Assembly: GCA_963777595.1 (NCBI GenBank)
Contig: CAVZRE010000010.1
Coordinates: 174,772-238,771 of the forward strand
Origin: Terriglobia bacterium
GTDB taxonomy: Bacteria > Acidobacteriota > Terriglobia > Bryobacterales > Bryobacteraceae
Length of the DNA stretch: 64,000 nucleotides
Direction of reading: 5' to 3'
Position numbers and translations under genes: made by a program
Notes under the pieces: generated by a model
The model's input: only the letters and a program-made list of their open reading frames with translations
Database searches by the model: none
Told to the model about the DNA's origin: nothing
In this document: positions 18,809 to 28,521 of the stretch, piece after piece
How the letters are laid out: each line of letters starts with the position of its first letter
Position numbering within the stretch: position 1 is the first letter of the stretch

Positions 18809-19975
18809 CTACAGCCGCTGTGGCGCAGACCCCAAGGTCACCTTGACCTTCATCGTCCGGTTGCCGCGGAAGATAGTCAGCTCGATCACATCGCCGCCAT
18901 GTTTGCGGTTCAGCGCTCGCTGCAACGCATCGGCGTTCGTTGATGGCTCACCGTCGATGGCCACGATCAGGTCGCCGCCGATCCCCAAAGGATAATTGCC
19001 GACGATCACGCGCTGCGTCGGGCCGTGCAACCCGGCTTCGTCCGCCGGAGACCCGGCTTCCACCCGCTGGATCAGCAGTCCGCCCTCCGCCGGTAGTCGC
19101 AACTCCTCGGCGAGGTCGCCCTGCACCGGAACCACCTGTACCCCCAGCACCGGACGCGAGATGTGGCCGTTGCGGCGGTACTCATCGAGCATGGCCTTCA
19201 CGCGATTGACCGGCATGGCGAACCCGATACCGATGCTGCCCGCTTCTCCACCTGCGGTTTGCTGCCCGTAGATCGCCGTGTTGATTCCAATCACATTGCC
19301 GTGCGAATCGAGCAGCGGACCACCGCTATTTCCGGGATTGATCGCTGCATCCGTCTGAATCATGTCTTCGAGCGTATTGCCGCCTTCCGACTGCAACGAC
19401 CGTCCCAGTGAACTGACGATTCCCGTAGTGAGCGTGCCCTCGAGGGCAAAAGGATTGCCGATCGCCAGCACTTTCTGTCCAACCTGCAAAGTGTCGGACT
19501 CGCCGAGATGCAGGAACGGCAGCTTGCGGGGAGCTTCGATCTTGATCAGCGCCAGATCGTTGGCCGCGTCGATTCCCTTGATAACGGCTTTATACTTCTT
19601 GTGGTCGGATAACGTCACTACCAGTTCTCGCGAACCGCTCACCACATGGTTGTTGGTGACGATTTCACCTTGCTCGTTGATGATGAATCCCGAACCCGTG
19701 CCCTGCGACGGATACACCTGGAAGAACCAGGTCTCGCGCAGCACGGTGCTGGTAATATTGACGGTCGCCAGGCGTGCCGATTTGTAAATCTCGATATTGT
19801 TTTCTTCATCCGCGGTATAAGTCGGAGCGGAGTTAGCCGTGACCGGGCCCGACCAGGATCCAGCCACGCTGGCGAACGGCCGTAACAGGCGGCTCAAGGT
19901 GGAGGCTGGCGTCGATATGACATAGTAAAACCCAGCCACGAGCATGACAGTCAGAACGAGTGCGCGGGACCTCAT
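18809..19975 (-). CDS. HtrA/DegP-family serine protease with PDZ domain
   Basis: N-terminal TM/signal segment, catalytic triad context (TNNHVV ... DLALIKI ... GNSGGPLLD) and a C-terminal PDZ domain (GLLIQRVEAGSPADEAGL). Confidence 0.9.
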   Translation of the reverse strand: MRSRALVLTVMLVAGFYYVISTPASTLSRLLRPFASVAGSWSGPVTANSAPTYTADEENNIEIYKSARLATVNITSTVLRETWFFQVYPSQGTGSGFIINEQGEIVTNNHVVSGSRELVVTLSDHKKYKAVIKGIDAANDLALIKIEAPRKLPFLHLGESDTLQVGQKVLAIGNPFALEGTLTTGIVSSLGRSLQSEGGNTLEDMIQTDAAINPGNSGGPLLDSHGNVIGINTAIYGQQTAGGEAGSIGIGFAMPVNRVKAMLDEYRRNGHISRPVLGVQVVPVQGDLAEELRLPAEGGLLIQRVEAGSPADEAGLHGPTQRVIVGNYPLGIGGDLIVAIDGEPSTNADALQRALNRKHGGDVIELTIFRGNRTMKVKVTLGSAPQRL

Positions 19976-20072
19976 ATTACCATTGTCGCCGTTAATCCCA
20001 TTTTGGCAACTGGCATGACTTCGCGCTCTGCCGCGCCAAAACGGTAGCTCGGAACCCTACCGGGTTGGCGCG

Positions 20073-20690
20073 CTACTCCCAGCGCACATTGCGGCGACTC
20101 AGTTCCCGCATCAGTTGTTCCGGTGACTCGAATTGGACGGCGTCCATACCGAACTTGCGGGCAGCTTCCACGTACTCCAGAATGTCATCGGTAAAGAAGC
20201 ATTCGCCGGGAAGGCAGCCGGCGAGCTCGACTGCCTTCTGGTAGATCAGCGGACTCGGTTTGAACGCTCCCACTTCGTGTGACAGCGCGCGCTTTTCGAA
20301 ATGGCTCAGTATGGGATAGGTGCGCTCCAGCATTTCGAAATGCATCGCATTGGTATTAGACAGCAGTACGAGAGTGTAGCGCTTCTTCAGGCCGGCAATG
20401 AGCGACTCGGGAACCAGCGGACCGGGTAGGAAGATCGAGCTCCAGATTTCACAGAATTGCCGGTAGTCGAAAGTGGCCTCCAGCGCCGTGCCCAACTGAG
20501 CGATAAAATCTTCCGAACCGATTTTGCCGGATTCCAGTAACGGAACCAGGCCCGTGTCCATCGTCCGCTGACGGATCTCGGCTGCGGGATATTTGCAGAG
20601 TGGCTGCATGCGATCGTAGGCCCGTTGAAAGTCAAAGGGAACTAAAACTTTACCCAGATCGAAAATCACGGCCTTCGGTGTCGACAGCAT
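20073..20690 (-). CDS. HAD-superfamily hydrolase (subfamily IA-like)
   Basis: VIFDLGKVLV (motif I), LLSNTN (motif II) and FFTDDILEYV (motif IV). 205 aa. Confidence 0.8.
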   Translation of the reverse strand: MLSTPKAVIFDLGKVLVPFDFQRAYDRMQPLCKYPAAEIRQRTMDTGLVPLLESGKIGSEDFIAQLGTALEATFDYRQFCEIWSSIFLPGPLVPESLIAGLKKRYTLVLLSNTNAMHFEMLERTYPILSHFEKRALSHEVGAFKPSPLIYQKAVELAGCLPGECFFTDDILEYVEAARKFGMDAVQFESPEQLMRELSRRNVRWE

Positions 20691-21232
20691 TAACGCGACC
20701 GGTAATCTCTCGCCTTACCGCTGGAGGGCCACGCGCCGATGATTGCCAGGAATGCGCCGGCCACCAGCAGGAGGGAGTTGCGGCCGCCTTCCGGACCGTC
20801 GAACGAATTGGTAGTGAAGAAAAGGCCTTTGGCTAAAAGCGCGAATGTCGCGGCGGCAAAGAGAAAGAGTAGAATGCGGAGGCGCCCGAACACCGCCAGG
20901 AACACGAAAAGCAAGCCCAGAATTCCCAAACCGATGAGCCACGCGGGCAGGGCCGTCGCGCTCCAGGGGAGCCAATCGACTTGCACCGGATCAGGCCTGC
21001 CCACGGTCAGCGACACGATGGCCACTCCGATACCCAGCAGGCAAAGGAGGGTTTCAAAGATCCAGCTATAAACACGCAGCAAGCCACGCAGAAAACGCAA
21101 TTCGAACTCCTTCAGTATTGTGGATACTCGCGCGGCAGGGTAACAGAACTCCCCCCATCCTACGCCGCAAGGGGTAAGTTTATCAGGAAAGCAAACAGGG
21201 CTAAGCAAACTACCAGGCATAGGGTAGACCAT
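20690..21232 (-). CDS. Hypothetical integral membrane protein
   Basis: Start moved to Met at 21232 so the gene clears the upstream gene, which ends at 21270. There are about 4 hydrophobic helices (LLCLLGIGVAIVSL, LPAWLIGLGILGLLFVFLAVF, ...). Its stop overlaps the downstream ATG (TAATG). No family recognised. Confidence 0.5.
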   Translation of the reverse strand: MVYPMPGSLLSPVCFPDKLTPCGVGWGEFCYPAARVSTILKEFELRFLRGLLRVYSWIFETLLCLLGIGVAIVSLTVGRPDPVQVDWLPWSATALPAWLIGLGILGLLFVFLAVFGRLRILLFLFAAATFALLAKGLFFTTNSFDGPEGGRNSLLLVAGAFLAIIGAWPSSGKARDYRSR

Positions 21233-21269
21233 CGTAGCGCGTGCTCTGCCTAAGGCTGCGCACCCGCCC

Positions 21270-22097
21270 TCAGAGCCCGTAGAAGCGGGTTGCCGTATCG
21301 CCCAGGATCTTCTCCCGCAATTCAACCGGCTGCGGTCCAAGCGCCTGAGTGAACGCGGCGAGCACTTCTTTCCAGGTTCCGGCAAGCAGGCAGACCGGCC
21401 AGTCGCTTCCGAACATCAGCCGCTCAGGACCGAATCCCTGCAGCACAAAACTCACGTACGGGTGCAGGTCGGACGCGCTCCAGTTGTGCCAGGCTGCTTC
21501 CGTGATCATGCCGGAAACTTTACAGTAAAGGTTCGGCATCGGGAACACCGCTTCCATCCCGCGGGCCCAATAATCGAATTCGCCGGTCGAGATGGAAGGT
21601 TTGGCGATGTGATCGATCACCATGCGCAATGCCGGTAATTCCTCGGCGAGGATAGGGACCACTCCAAGATGAACGGGACGCAACAGGAGATCATAAGGTA
21701 TGTCGCGCCGCTCCAGTTCCTTCAGCCCCCGGAGAACCTCGGATCGTAGGAGCCAGCGCGGATCGGGTTCATCATGGACCAGGTGACGTACACCCTTGAA
21801 CGCCTGATGGAGCTGTAATTCGTCGAGCGTTTTCCCGACCTGTGGGTCAGTGAGGTCGACCCACGCGACCACGCCTTTGATGAAGTCGTTCTCGTCAGCC
21901 AGTTGAAGCAGCCAGCGCGCCTCGTCGAGCGACTGGTGCGCCTGCACCACCACACTACCGTCAAAACGATGAGCCTGCAGGATCGGACGCAGGTCGGAGG
22001 GAAGATAATTGCGGCGCAATGGCGACGGGTCAGCGGGCATCCAGGAATAGGTCAGGCGGCTCGTATCCCAGAAATGCTGGTGCGCGTCGATTCGCAT
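21270..22097 (-). CDS. Amidohydrolase-2 family metal-dependent hydrolase (lactonase/decarboxylase-like)
   Basis: MRIDAHQHFWD at the preferred start is the classic amidohydrolase_2 N-terminus. A C-terminal FGSDWPV motif is present. Alternative starts lie at 22145 and 22202. Confidence 0.75.
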   Translation of the reverse strand: MRIDAHQHFWDTSRLTYSWMPADPSPLRRNYLPSDLRPILQAHRFDGSVVVQAHQSLDEARWLLQLADENDFIKGVVAWVDLTDPQVGKTLDELQLHQAFKGVRHLVHDEPDPRWLLRSEVLRGLKELERRDIPYDLLLRPVHLGVVPILAEELPALRMVIDHIAKPSISTGEFDYWARGMEAVFPMPNLYCKVSGMITEAAWHNWSASDLHPYVSFVLQGFGPERLMFGSDWPVCLLAGTWKEVLAAFTQALGPQPVELREKILGDTATRFYGL

Positions 22098-22186
22098 ACG
22101 TTCATAATAGGCTGAAGGGAGTTGTCCGCCATCGTTTTCCGTCATCCGTACGGACAACGAACGACGGACGACGGACAACGTTGTTG

Positions 22187-23140
22187 ATGACTGACTTCGC
22201 AATTGAATCTGAAGGTCTCGTAAAAATATTCCGGTCGCGGTGGAGCAAACGCGAAGTGCGAGCCGTGGACGGGATCTCCTTGAGCGTGGCGCGTGGGACT
22301 ACCTTCGGACTGCTCGGACCCAACGGCGCGGGCAAGACTACGTTCGTCAAGATGTTGCTCTCCGCAACTCATCCTACCCAGGGCCGCGCTACGGTCTTCG
22401 GGCAGGACTCACGCACCGCGAGCGCGCGCCTGCCCATCGGCTATCTGCCCGAAAATCACCGCTTCCCTACCTATCTCACCGGCGCCGGGATGCTGGATTT
22501 CTATGCCGCTCTTTCCGGCATGACAGCAGCGCAGCGCAAGACCAGGATCCCTGAGCTAATGGAAAAAGTTGGCCTCGATAAGTGGGGTTCAATCCGGTTG
22601 GGAAAATATTCGAAAGGAATGCTGCAGCGGGTCGGGCTGGCGCAGGCGCTGATGCATTCGCCCCAACTGCTGGTCCTCGACGAGCCAAGCGACGGCGTGG
22701 ACCCCATCGGGCGCAAGCAGATTCGCGACATCCTTCACGAACTCGAAAATCAAGGTGTAACTATTTTTTTAAACTCGCATCTGCTCGTGGAGGTCGAACT
22801 TTTCTGCCGCGACGTGGCGATCGTCAATCGCGGCAAGGTTGCCGTGCAAGGTTCGGTTCACGACCTCACCGCGGGGAGCGGTTACAACGTGGAAGCGGAG
22901 AATGTTCCGGAGCAACTCCAGACCGAATTGCGGTCGAAAGCGCGGGAAGTCGCCCTTCGGGACGGCAGCCTGCGTCTCACGTTTGCGACGCGGGAAGAGG
23001 CCAATTTCGCGGTCGACCTGCTGCGTGCCGGTCGCTGCGAGATCGAGAATCTGTCGCGCACCAACAGCACGCTCGAGGAGGTTTTTGTCAGGAGTATTGA
23101 GGCTACACAAGCCGCGGAGGTGGTGAATGCAGGCAAATAG
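22187..23140 (+). CDS. ABC transporter ATP-binding protein
   Basis: Start at ATG 22187 (MTDFAIESEGLVKIF). Walker A GPNGAGKTT, signature YSKGMLQR, Walker B LLVLDEPSDG, plus a ~90-aa C-terminal extra domain. Confidence 0.9.
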   Translation: MTDFAIESEGLVKIFRSRWSKREVRAVDGISLSVARGTTFGLLGPNGAGKTTFVKMLLSATHPTQGRATVFGQDSRTASARLPIGYLPENHRFPTYLTGAGMLDFYAALSGMTAAQRKTRIPELMEKVGLDKWGSIRLGKYSKGMLQRVGLAQALMHSPQLLVLDEPSDGVDPIGRKQIRDILHELENQGVTIFLNSHLLVEVELFCRDVAIVNRGKVAVQGSVHDLTAGSGYNVEAENVPEQLQTELRSKAREVALRDGSLRLTFATREEANFAVDLLRAGRCEIENLSRTNSTLEEVFVRSIEATQAAEVVNAGK

Positions 23141-23963
23141 CAGCACGGCGTCTCTCGCGCTGATTCGGGATACGTTTCGCGAAGCTTTTGCGCGAAAAAT
23201 CTTCTGGGCCTTCTTCGCCTGTTCTACCGCGTTGATTCTGTTCTTCATCTTTATCATGCGAGTGGATGTCGTCGAAGGAGCACTCGCGACCGCCTCCATC
23301 TTCGGACGCAGCGGCCCATCGCAAAGCGTCGAGAAAATGGTCGCTGGCGTCCACTCCGCCATCGCGAATTTCATTTACAGCATCGGCATGTGCCTCGCGG
23401 TGTTTGCCTCGGCCGGCCTGATCTCGGCCGTCTTCGAGCCGGGGCGCATCGAACTCCTGCTGTCCAAACCGGTCACCCGGTATCACATTCTGCTGGGACG
23501 CTATGCCGGAAACGTTCTGGTCGTCGCGTGTAATCTCGCTTACCTCATCCTCTCCATCTGGATAATCTTCGGGATCAAAACTCAGGTCTGGCACGCCGGT
23601 TTTCTGTTTGCGGGCCTCTCGGCCCTTTTCGTCTTCTCCGTGCTGCTGACGGTTTCGCTGTTGGTCGGCGTGTTGTGGGAAAGCGCCGCCGTTTCCATCA
23701 TTGCCACGTTCGGCGTCATGGTGATCAGCCTGATCGTGTCGGCGAAAAGCACCTGGGAGCGCCTCCTCAGTTCGGAATGGTCGCGTGATATCGTCCGGGG
23801 AATGTACTACGCGCTGCCGCGCATTTACGACATCGGCCGGATCAATAACAGCCTGATCACCAACCAGCCGGTCACCGATTGGGCCGCGGTCTGGACGACG
23901 GCTGCATTCGGCGTCGTGATGCTGGCCGCCAGCTTGTTTTTCTTCGCTCGCCGCGATTTCTGA
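23127..23963 (+). CDS. ABC-2-type transporter permease
   Basis: 278 aa with about 6 TM helices. It overlaps the ATPase gene by 14 nt. Confidence 0.7.
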   Translation: MQANSSTASLALIRDTFREAFARKIFWAFFACSTALILFFIFIMRVDVVEGALATASIFGRSGPSQSVEKMVAGVHSAIANFIYSIGMCLAVFASAGLISAVFEPGRIELLLSKPVTRYHILLGRYAGNVLVVACNLAYLILSIWIIFGIKTQVWHAGFLFAGLSALFVFSVLLTVSLLVGVLWESAAVSIIATFGVMVISLIVSAKSTWERLLSSEWSRDIVRGMYYALPRIYDIGRINNSLITNQPVTDWAAVWTTAAFGVVMLAASLFFFARRDF

Positions 23964-23965
23964 CC

Positions 23966-24901
23966 ATGAGACAAACGACAACCTTGTGCGGGTTCCTGAT
24001 CTCGTTTTCGCTGGGTTGCGCGGCCGCGGAACGAGTCGACAATGTTCTGGCGCAGATGGTGCCCCCGGATTCCACCTCGTTGATCGGCATGCGCATGGAA
24101 CAGTTGAAGTCCACCCCGCTGTTCCAGAAACTCATCGCTCAGCAAAAGATCCCGCAAATCGACGACTTCGCGCGGCAATCCGGATTCGATCCCCGGCGCG
24201 ACGTCCGCGATCTGCTGTTCGCGTCCTCGGGTAAACAGACGGTCTTGCTGGCTCGCGGGTCTTTCCATTTGAATGCGCTCGACAAGACGAAAAAATTCAA
24301 TTATCACGGGTTTGTCATTATTTCGAGCACCGGGAACGCGAGCGCGGATTCCCCAAAAGGGCCTGGCGGATTTTGCGTGCTCGATTCCACGCTGGCTGCG
24401 GCGGGATCTTTACCCGCTCTCCAAGCGGCGCTTGATCAATATAAATCGGGCAACCGGCAAAATGCCGCCGCGCTGTTGTCCAAAGCGCGAGCCATTCCGG
24501 AGAATTACCAGATCTGGGGCGTCACCGTCGGGAACGCCAATTTCATTTCCGGAAATCTGCCGGACTCCCCGGGTGGCCCGGACGTGGGCCGCATCTTCCG
24601 ATCGTTGCACGATACCCTTTTCGAAGCGGATCTGCGCAATGGATTAAAAGGACAGGCTGAGGGCTACTGCGCGTCGGCCCAGGATGCCAAGGTGCTCGCG
24701 GACGGCGCCCGCGGCATGATTGGAATGGCGCGACTCAAGACGCCCGACAACCAAACCGATTTGCTGCGCGTGTGGGACGGCATCAAGGTCGTGCAGGCCG
24801 ACCGCAAGATTACTCTTACCGTGGATGTCGGGCAGGATCTCGTGGACGAGGTTTTGAAACTGGTCCAGACAGGGAACGGCCGCCCAAATCCCAATCGATA
24901 G
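23966..24901 (+). CDS. Hypothetical lipoprotein co-transcribed with the ABC exporter
   Basis: ATG 23966 lies 2 nt after the permease stop. Lipobox FSLGC. 311 aa, no family recognised. Confidence 0.6.
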   Translation: MRQTTTLCGFLISFSLGCAAAERVDNVLAQMVPPDSTSLIGMRMEQLKSTPLFQKLIAQQKIPQIDDFARQSGFDPRRDVRDLLFASSGKQTVLLARGSFHLNALDKTKKFNYHGFVIISSTGNASADSPKGPGGFCVLDSTLAAAGSLPALQAALDQYKSGNRQNAAALLSKARAIPENYQIWGVTVGNANFISGNLPDSPGGPDVGRIFRSLHDTLFEADLRNGLKGQAEGYCASAQDAKVLADGARGMIGMARLKTPDNQTDLLRVWDGIKVVQADRKITLTVDVGQDLVDEVLKLVQTGNGRPNPNR

Positions 24902-24940
24902 TCCGTGGGCATTTGTGAGTCATAGTATCGTATTAAGCGG

Positions 24941-25171
24941 ATGGTGACGTGTCCTATTTGCAGAAGCCGGGCCGTTCGGCGCTCGACGCGGCGCAACTTT
25001 GTCGAGCGGCTGCGAAGCTGGGTCGGCCAATATCCCTATCGCTGCTACGATTGCCAGACGCGATTCTTCGCTTTGAGGGTGCCGCATGAAGCGGGACAGA
25101 AGGAACAACAGCCAACCTCTGGCGCAGCGGAGCACGAAGAGGCGGTTCACGACGAAGAAGAAGTAGATTAG
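24941..25171 (+). CDS. Small zinc-ribbon protein with acidic tail
   Basis: 76 aa with CPIC-N27-CYDC, then an E/D-rich C-terminus. Coding status rests on the ORF and motif only. Confidence 0.45.
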   Translation: MVTCPICRSRAVRRSTRRNFVERLRSWVGQYPYRCYDCQTRFFALRVPHEAGQKEQQPTSGAAEHEEAVHDEEEVD

Positions 25172-25487
25172 GCGCCGTGCCCGGTGTGGCTTGTCCTCTA
25201 CAATTGAAAAAAAACCGACCGCGTTTGTAATTCTCCTTCCTGATAAAAACCCTGGCTTTTCCCGTTGAAACGGCGTAAGTGAGCCCGGCCGACAAAGTAG
25301 CTCACGATTCGCGCTAACGGAAAAAATAATGCCAAAAGTATTTCACTCGCACTTCGCACGGCGCTCGTGTCAAACCGCACTATCCGACTAAGTTTCCCGC
25401 TGTTCCTCGCTGGCGAACGCTTCCCGCTGCGTGTAATACTTAACCACAAATCGGGTGAACGGTCGCCTATTTCGGAGGAACTAATTG

Positions 25488-27671
25488 ATGACAATCAGAA
25501 CACTTGTCTATTCGTGCGCGCTTTTTCATAGCGTCCTGCATGCGGGCACCACGGTGCTGTTTCAGCCGTCATTGCCTGCAGTCGGACCCTTTCCAACCAA
25601 TGCACTTACTGTCGCAGCCCCATCGGAAAAAACCGGTATCCAGGTGGCGATGCCGACTTCTTCGTGCGCCAATCCCACGCTCAGCAGCTGCATCAACGCC
25701 CAGTTGCTCAATCAACTGGATGGCTTCAGTGTTAATTCGCAGATCGTGGTTTGTTTTTCCGGACCGGTGCAAGTCGGCACGCTTCAAGCGGCGATGCAAA
25801 TTTATCCCGTGACGAAATCTCCGTCCGGTATCGCAATTAACCAGATCCTTTACGATCAGGCCAGTAATTGTATGTTCGCCAAGCCCGATCAGGTGCTGGC
25901 GCAGCAAAGTCAATATCTGCTCGCGATCACCAATTCCGTGCTGGATGGTTCAGGAAATAAGGTTACAGCCGATCCCGGATTTACCACTTGCCTGAAAGGA
26001 GGAACCACCTATTGCAAAGCTCTTGAGAATGCCGTCTCCGAAGTCGGACTCAACAGCGGCCTGGTCTCGGCCTCATTATTTACAACCATGAGCACGACCG
26101 ATTGGGTCGAAAAAGCCTACACACTGGTTTCGGGCCTGTCATCGCCTGATATCGCGGCGCTGCCCGCCGGAAGCCCGACGCAGTTTTCGCTCTCCCAATT
26201 GTCCGGCATCAGTTGGATTCCGGATTACGGGAAAACCTCCACCGGGGGCGCTCAACCGACCACCCCACAGCCCATCCCGTTAAGCGACCTCTCCGGAGTG
26301 GACAGCGTCGCTTTCGGTCTGTATCTTTCGCCGAATTTCGTCAACGTCAGCGGCCTGCTCGCCGGAATGATTGCCGTGACTCCGACGGGAGGGCCTATCG
26401 CGGGTCCGGTCTCGGTTGGGGCGACCGGCTTCCCGCCCGGCTTTGTGCCCGTCTCTTACCACGTGTTTCTGCCGCCTGCCCGCTACATGCCACCCGGCGG
26501 CTTTCCTGTTGCTATTTACGGCCACGGCCTGGGCGACAGCCAGTTCGGCGCGCCGTCGTTTATCGCGTCGACCCTGGCCTCCGCGGGAATCGCGACGCTC
26601 GCCATTGAAATCCTCGGACATGGTTTCGGACCCGGTGGAACCGTGGAACTCACTTACAAGAACAATCAGGCGCCCTCGTTTGTGTCCACGCCGGGACGAG
26701 GTATCCAATTCTCCACCGCTGCGCCGATCGGTGAGACGGACGGCTGTATTGCACCCGGCGCCATCGGTGTTCGCGACTGCACCCGGCAGTCAGCCGTCGA
26801 CCTGTTTGCCATGGTGAAAACCATTCAGGCGACCAAGGGTTTGGGAGTGGGCCTCAATCCTTCCCGTATTTACTACATCGGGCAATCGTTCGGATCGATC
26901 TACGGCACCTTGTACCACGCCATCGAGCCGGCCTCCAAAGCGGCAGTTCTGAACGTCGGCGGCGGAACTTCCGTTGCGGTGTCGCGCCTGGCTCCCCTAG
27001 GCCGAATTCTCGCCGCGGAATATCTGGGCACGAACAACCCCGTGCTCCTGAATGTGCCGCCGGCCCCCCCTGAACCATATTTCCACGACAGTTTCAACGA
27101 CCTTTACGTCTATCGGAACACTCCGCCGGTCTTGAATTACACCGGCGCCGCGGGAACATCCGTGCTCGCCGTGGACAATGCCCTTGAACTTGCCGATTGG
27201 CTCGATATGATCGGCGATCCGCTGGGCTTTGCCTTCGAACTGCAGAATCAGCAGCTACCGGGACTGATCGGCAAATCGACGCTCGTGCAATTCGCCTACG
27301 GAGATCTCGAAGTGCCCAATCCGACCAATTCGGCCTTGATCCGAGCGGCCGGATTGCAGAGTTCATCGTGGTATTTCCGCTTCGATAAAGCCGCGGCGCT
27401 GCACCCGGAATTGTTGTCGGTAGCCTTCGGATCGCCGCTCCCGGCTCTGCCCCACGCTTACTTGAGCAACCCGACGCTTTTCACCGGCATCGCGGCGGAA
27501 GACTCCATCGCCATCGCCGCGCAGCAGCAAGTTGCGGTCTACCTCGGGTTGGGCGGGCTATTAATCCCGAACCCAAACTGGTTCCTGAACGGTGTCTTCG
27601 CCGGACAAACCTTGTTCGAGATCCCCACTACACTTCCCGAGCAGCTGAACTTTATTCAGATCCAGCCGTAA
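25488..27671 (+). CDS. Large secreted alpha/beta-hydrolase-like protein
   Basis: GGAGGA lies 9 nt upstream of ATG 25488. Signal peptide present. Oxyanion-type IYGHGLGD and nucleophile elbow GQSFGS fall in the middle of a 727-aa protein. The N-terminal ~330 aa are unassigned. Confidence 0.65.
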   Translation: MTIRTLVYSCALFHSVLHAGTTVLFQPSLPAVGPFPTNALTVAAPSEKTGIQVAMPTSSCANPTLSSCINAQLLNQLDGFSVNSQIVVCFSGPVQVGTLQAAMQIYPVTKSPSGIAINQILYDQASNCMFAKPDQVLAQQSQYLLAITNSVLDGSGNKVTADPGFTTCLKGGTTYCKALENAVSEVGLNSGLVSASLFTTMSTTDWVEKAYTLVSGLSSPDIAALPAGSPTQFSLSQLSGISWIPDYGKTSTGGAQPTTPQPIPLSDLSGVDSVAFGLYLSPNFVNVSGLLAGMIAVTPTGGPIAGPVSVGATGFPPGFVPVSYHVFLPPARYMPPGGFPVAIYGHGLGDSQFGAPSFIASTLASAGIATLAIEILGHGFGPGGTVELTYKNNQAPSFVSTPGRGIQFSTAAPIGETDGCIAPGAIGVRDCTRQSAVDLFAMVKTIQATKGLGVGLNPSRIYYIGQSFGSIYGTLYHAIEPASKAAVLNVGGGTSVAVSRLAPLGRILAAEYLGTNNPVLLNVPPAPPEPYFHDSFNDLYVYRNTPPVLNYTGAAGTSVLAVDNALELADWLDMIGDPLGFAFELQNQQLPGLIGKSTLVQFAYGDLEVPNPTNSALIRAAGLQSSSWYFRFDKAAALHPELLSVAFGSPLPALPHAYLSNPTLFTGIAAEDSIAIAAQQQVAVYLGLGGLLIPNPNWFLNGVFAGQTLFEIPTTLPEQLNFIQIQP

Positions 27672-27689
27672 CCCGCCGAATCCGCCCAT

Positions 27690-27722
27690 GGGGCAGACCC
27701 TCATTTCTTAGTGGTCTGCCCC
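27690..27722. terminator. GC-rich hairpin between convergent genes (putative terminator)
   Basis: GGGGCAGACC-13 nt-GGTCTGCCCC, a perfect 10-bp stem, followed by only a weak T tract (GCTTTG). Confidence 0.4.
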
Positions 27723-27748
27723 GCTTTGCAGCCGTCGCCTTCACCGCA

Positions 27749-28510
27749 TCAGAACGTCTTCAGCCGGATATTTCGCGATTCCATCTTCATCGCCGCGGTC
27801 GTCTTATGCAATTGAATGCCGATCTCGCCTTCCATCTTTCTATTGGCCTTATCGTCGTCGACCACGATACACATCACCCGGCCGTTGATTAACTGAATCA
27901 GCGTATTGCCGCGGGCGATGATGTGCAGGTCATTCCAATCGTCGTTCTTGATGAGGCCCTTCAACTGCGCATCATCGCCCAGTGTTCCGATTGCCCCCGG
28001 TTTCTTGCCGTCGCCCACGTACACGATCTGCCCGCGCAACGCCACGAACCCGCGGCCGCGTTCCTCGTAAATCTGCCCCGTATATTGCTGCTTGCCGTCA
28101 ATGTCCGCCTGATAGCCCTTCATCACCCACTTGGCGACGTTGGGAAGTTCCACGCTGCGATACTGCACCCCGCTGTTGCCGGTCTCGCCAGTCAGCTTGT
28201 ACTGCATCTTGAATTCGAAATCACCAGGCGAACCGCCCTTCCAGATGCAGAAGATGTTTTGCGGCGGTTGATGATCCGCGCGCGTCTCCCCAATAATCTC
28301 GCCGTTCTCGACGCGCCAGAAATCGGGATCGCAATCCCATCCCTTCATGGAAGCGCCATCGAAGATCGGCCGGAAGCCGGTCTCTTCCAGTTCAGGAACG
28401 GCAGGGCCTCGCGGGCCGCCTTTTTTCTTCCCGGCGCCCTGTTGGGCATGCAGGCCAACTCCCAGCACGAGAGCCAGTCCAGTGGTGAATACGATTAATT
28501 TGCGCTTCAT
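27749..28510 (-). CDS. DUF1080-family (3-keto-disaccharide hydrolase-like) exported protein
   Basis: Signal peptide, GFRPIFDGASMKGWDCDPDFWRVENGEIIGE and a C-terminal GEIGIQLH motif, all typical of DUF1080. Confidence 0.8.
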   Translation of the reverse strand: MKRKLIVFTTGLALVLGVGLHAQQGAGKKKGGPRGPAVPELEETGFRPIFDGASMKGWDCDPDFWRVENGEIIGETRADHQPPQNIFCIWKGGSPGDFEFKMQYKLTGETGNSGVQYRSVELPNVAKWVMKGYQADIDGKQQYTGQIYEERGRGFVALRGQIVYVGDGKKPGAIGTLGDDAQLKGLIKNDDWNDLHIIARGNTLIQLINGRVMCIVVDDDKANRKMEGEIGIQLHKTTAAMKMESRNIRLKTF

Positions 28511-28521
28511 ATGATGATCCT

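Noticed and set aside
27713-27725. 13-mer GGTCTGCCCCGCT shared by the hairpins at 27713 and 39292
   Set aside because: Exact 13-mer coincidences are expected by chance, at tens of pairs in 64 kb counting both strands. The surrounding sequence is not similar.
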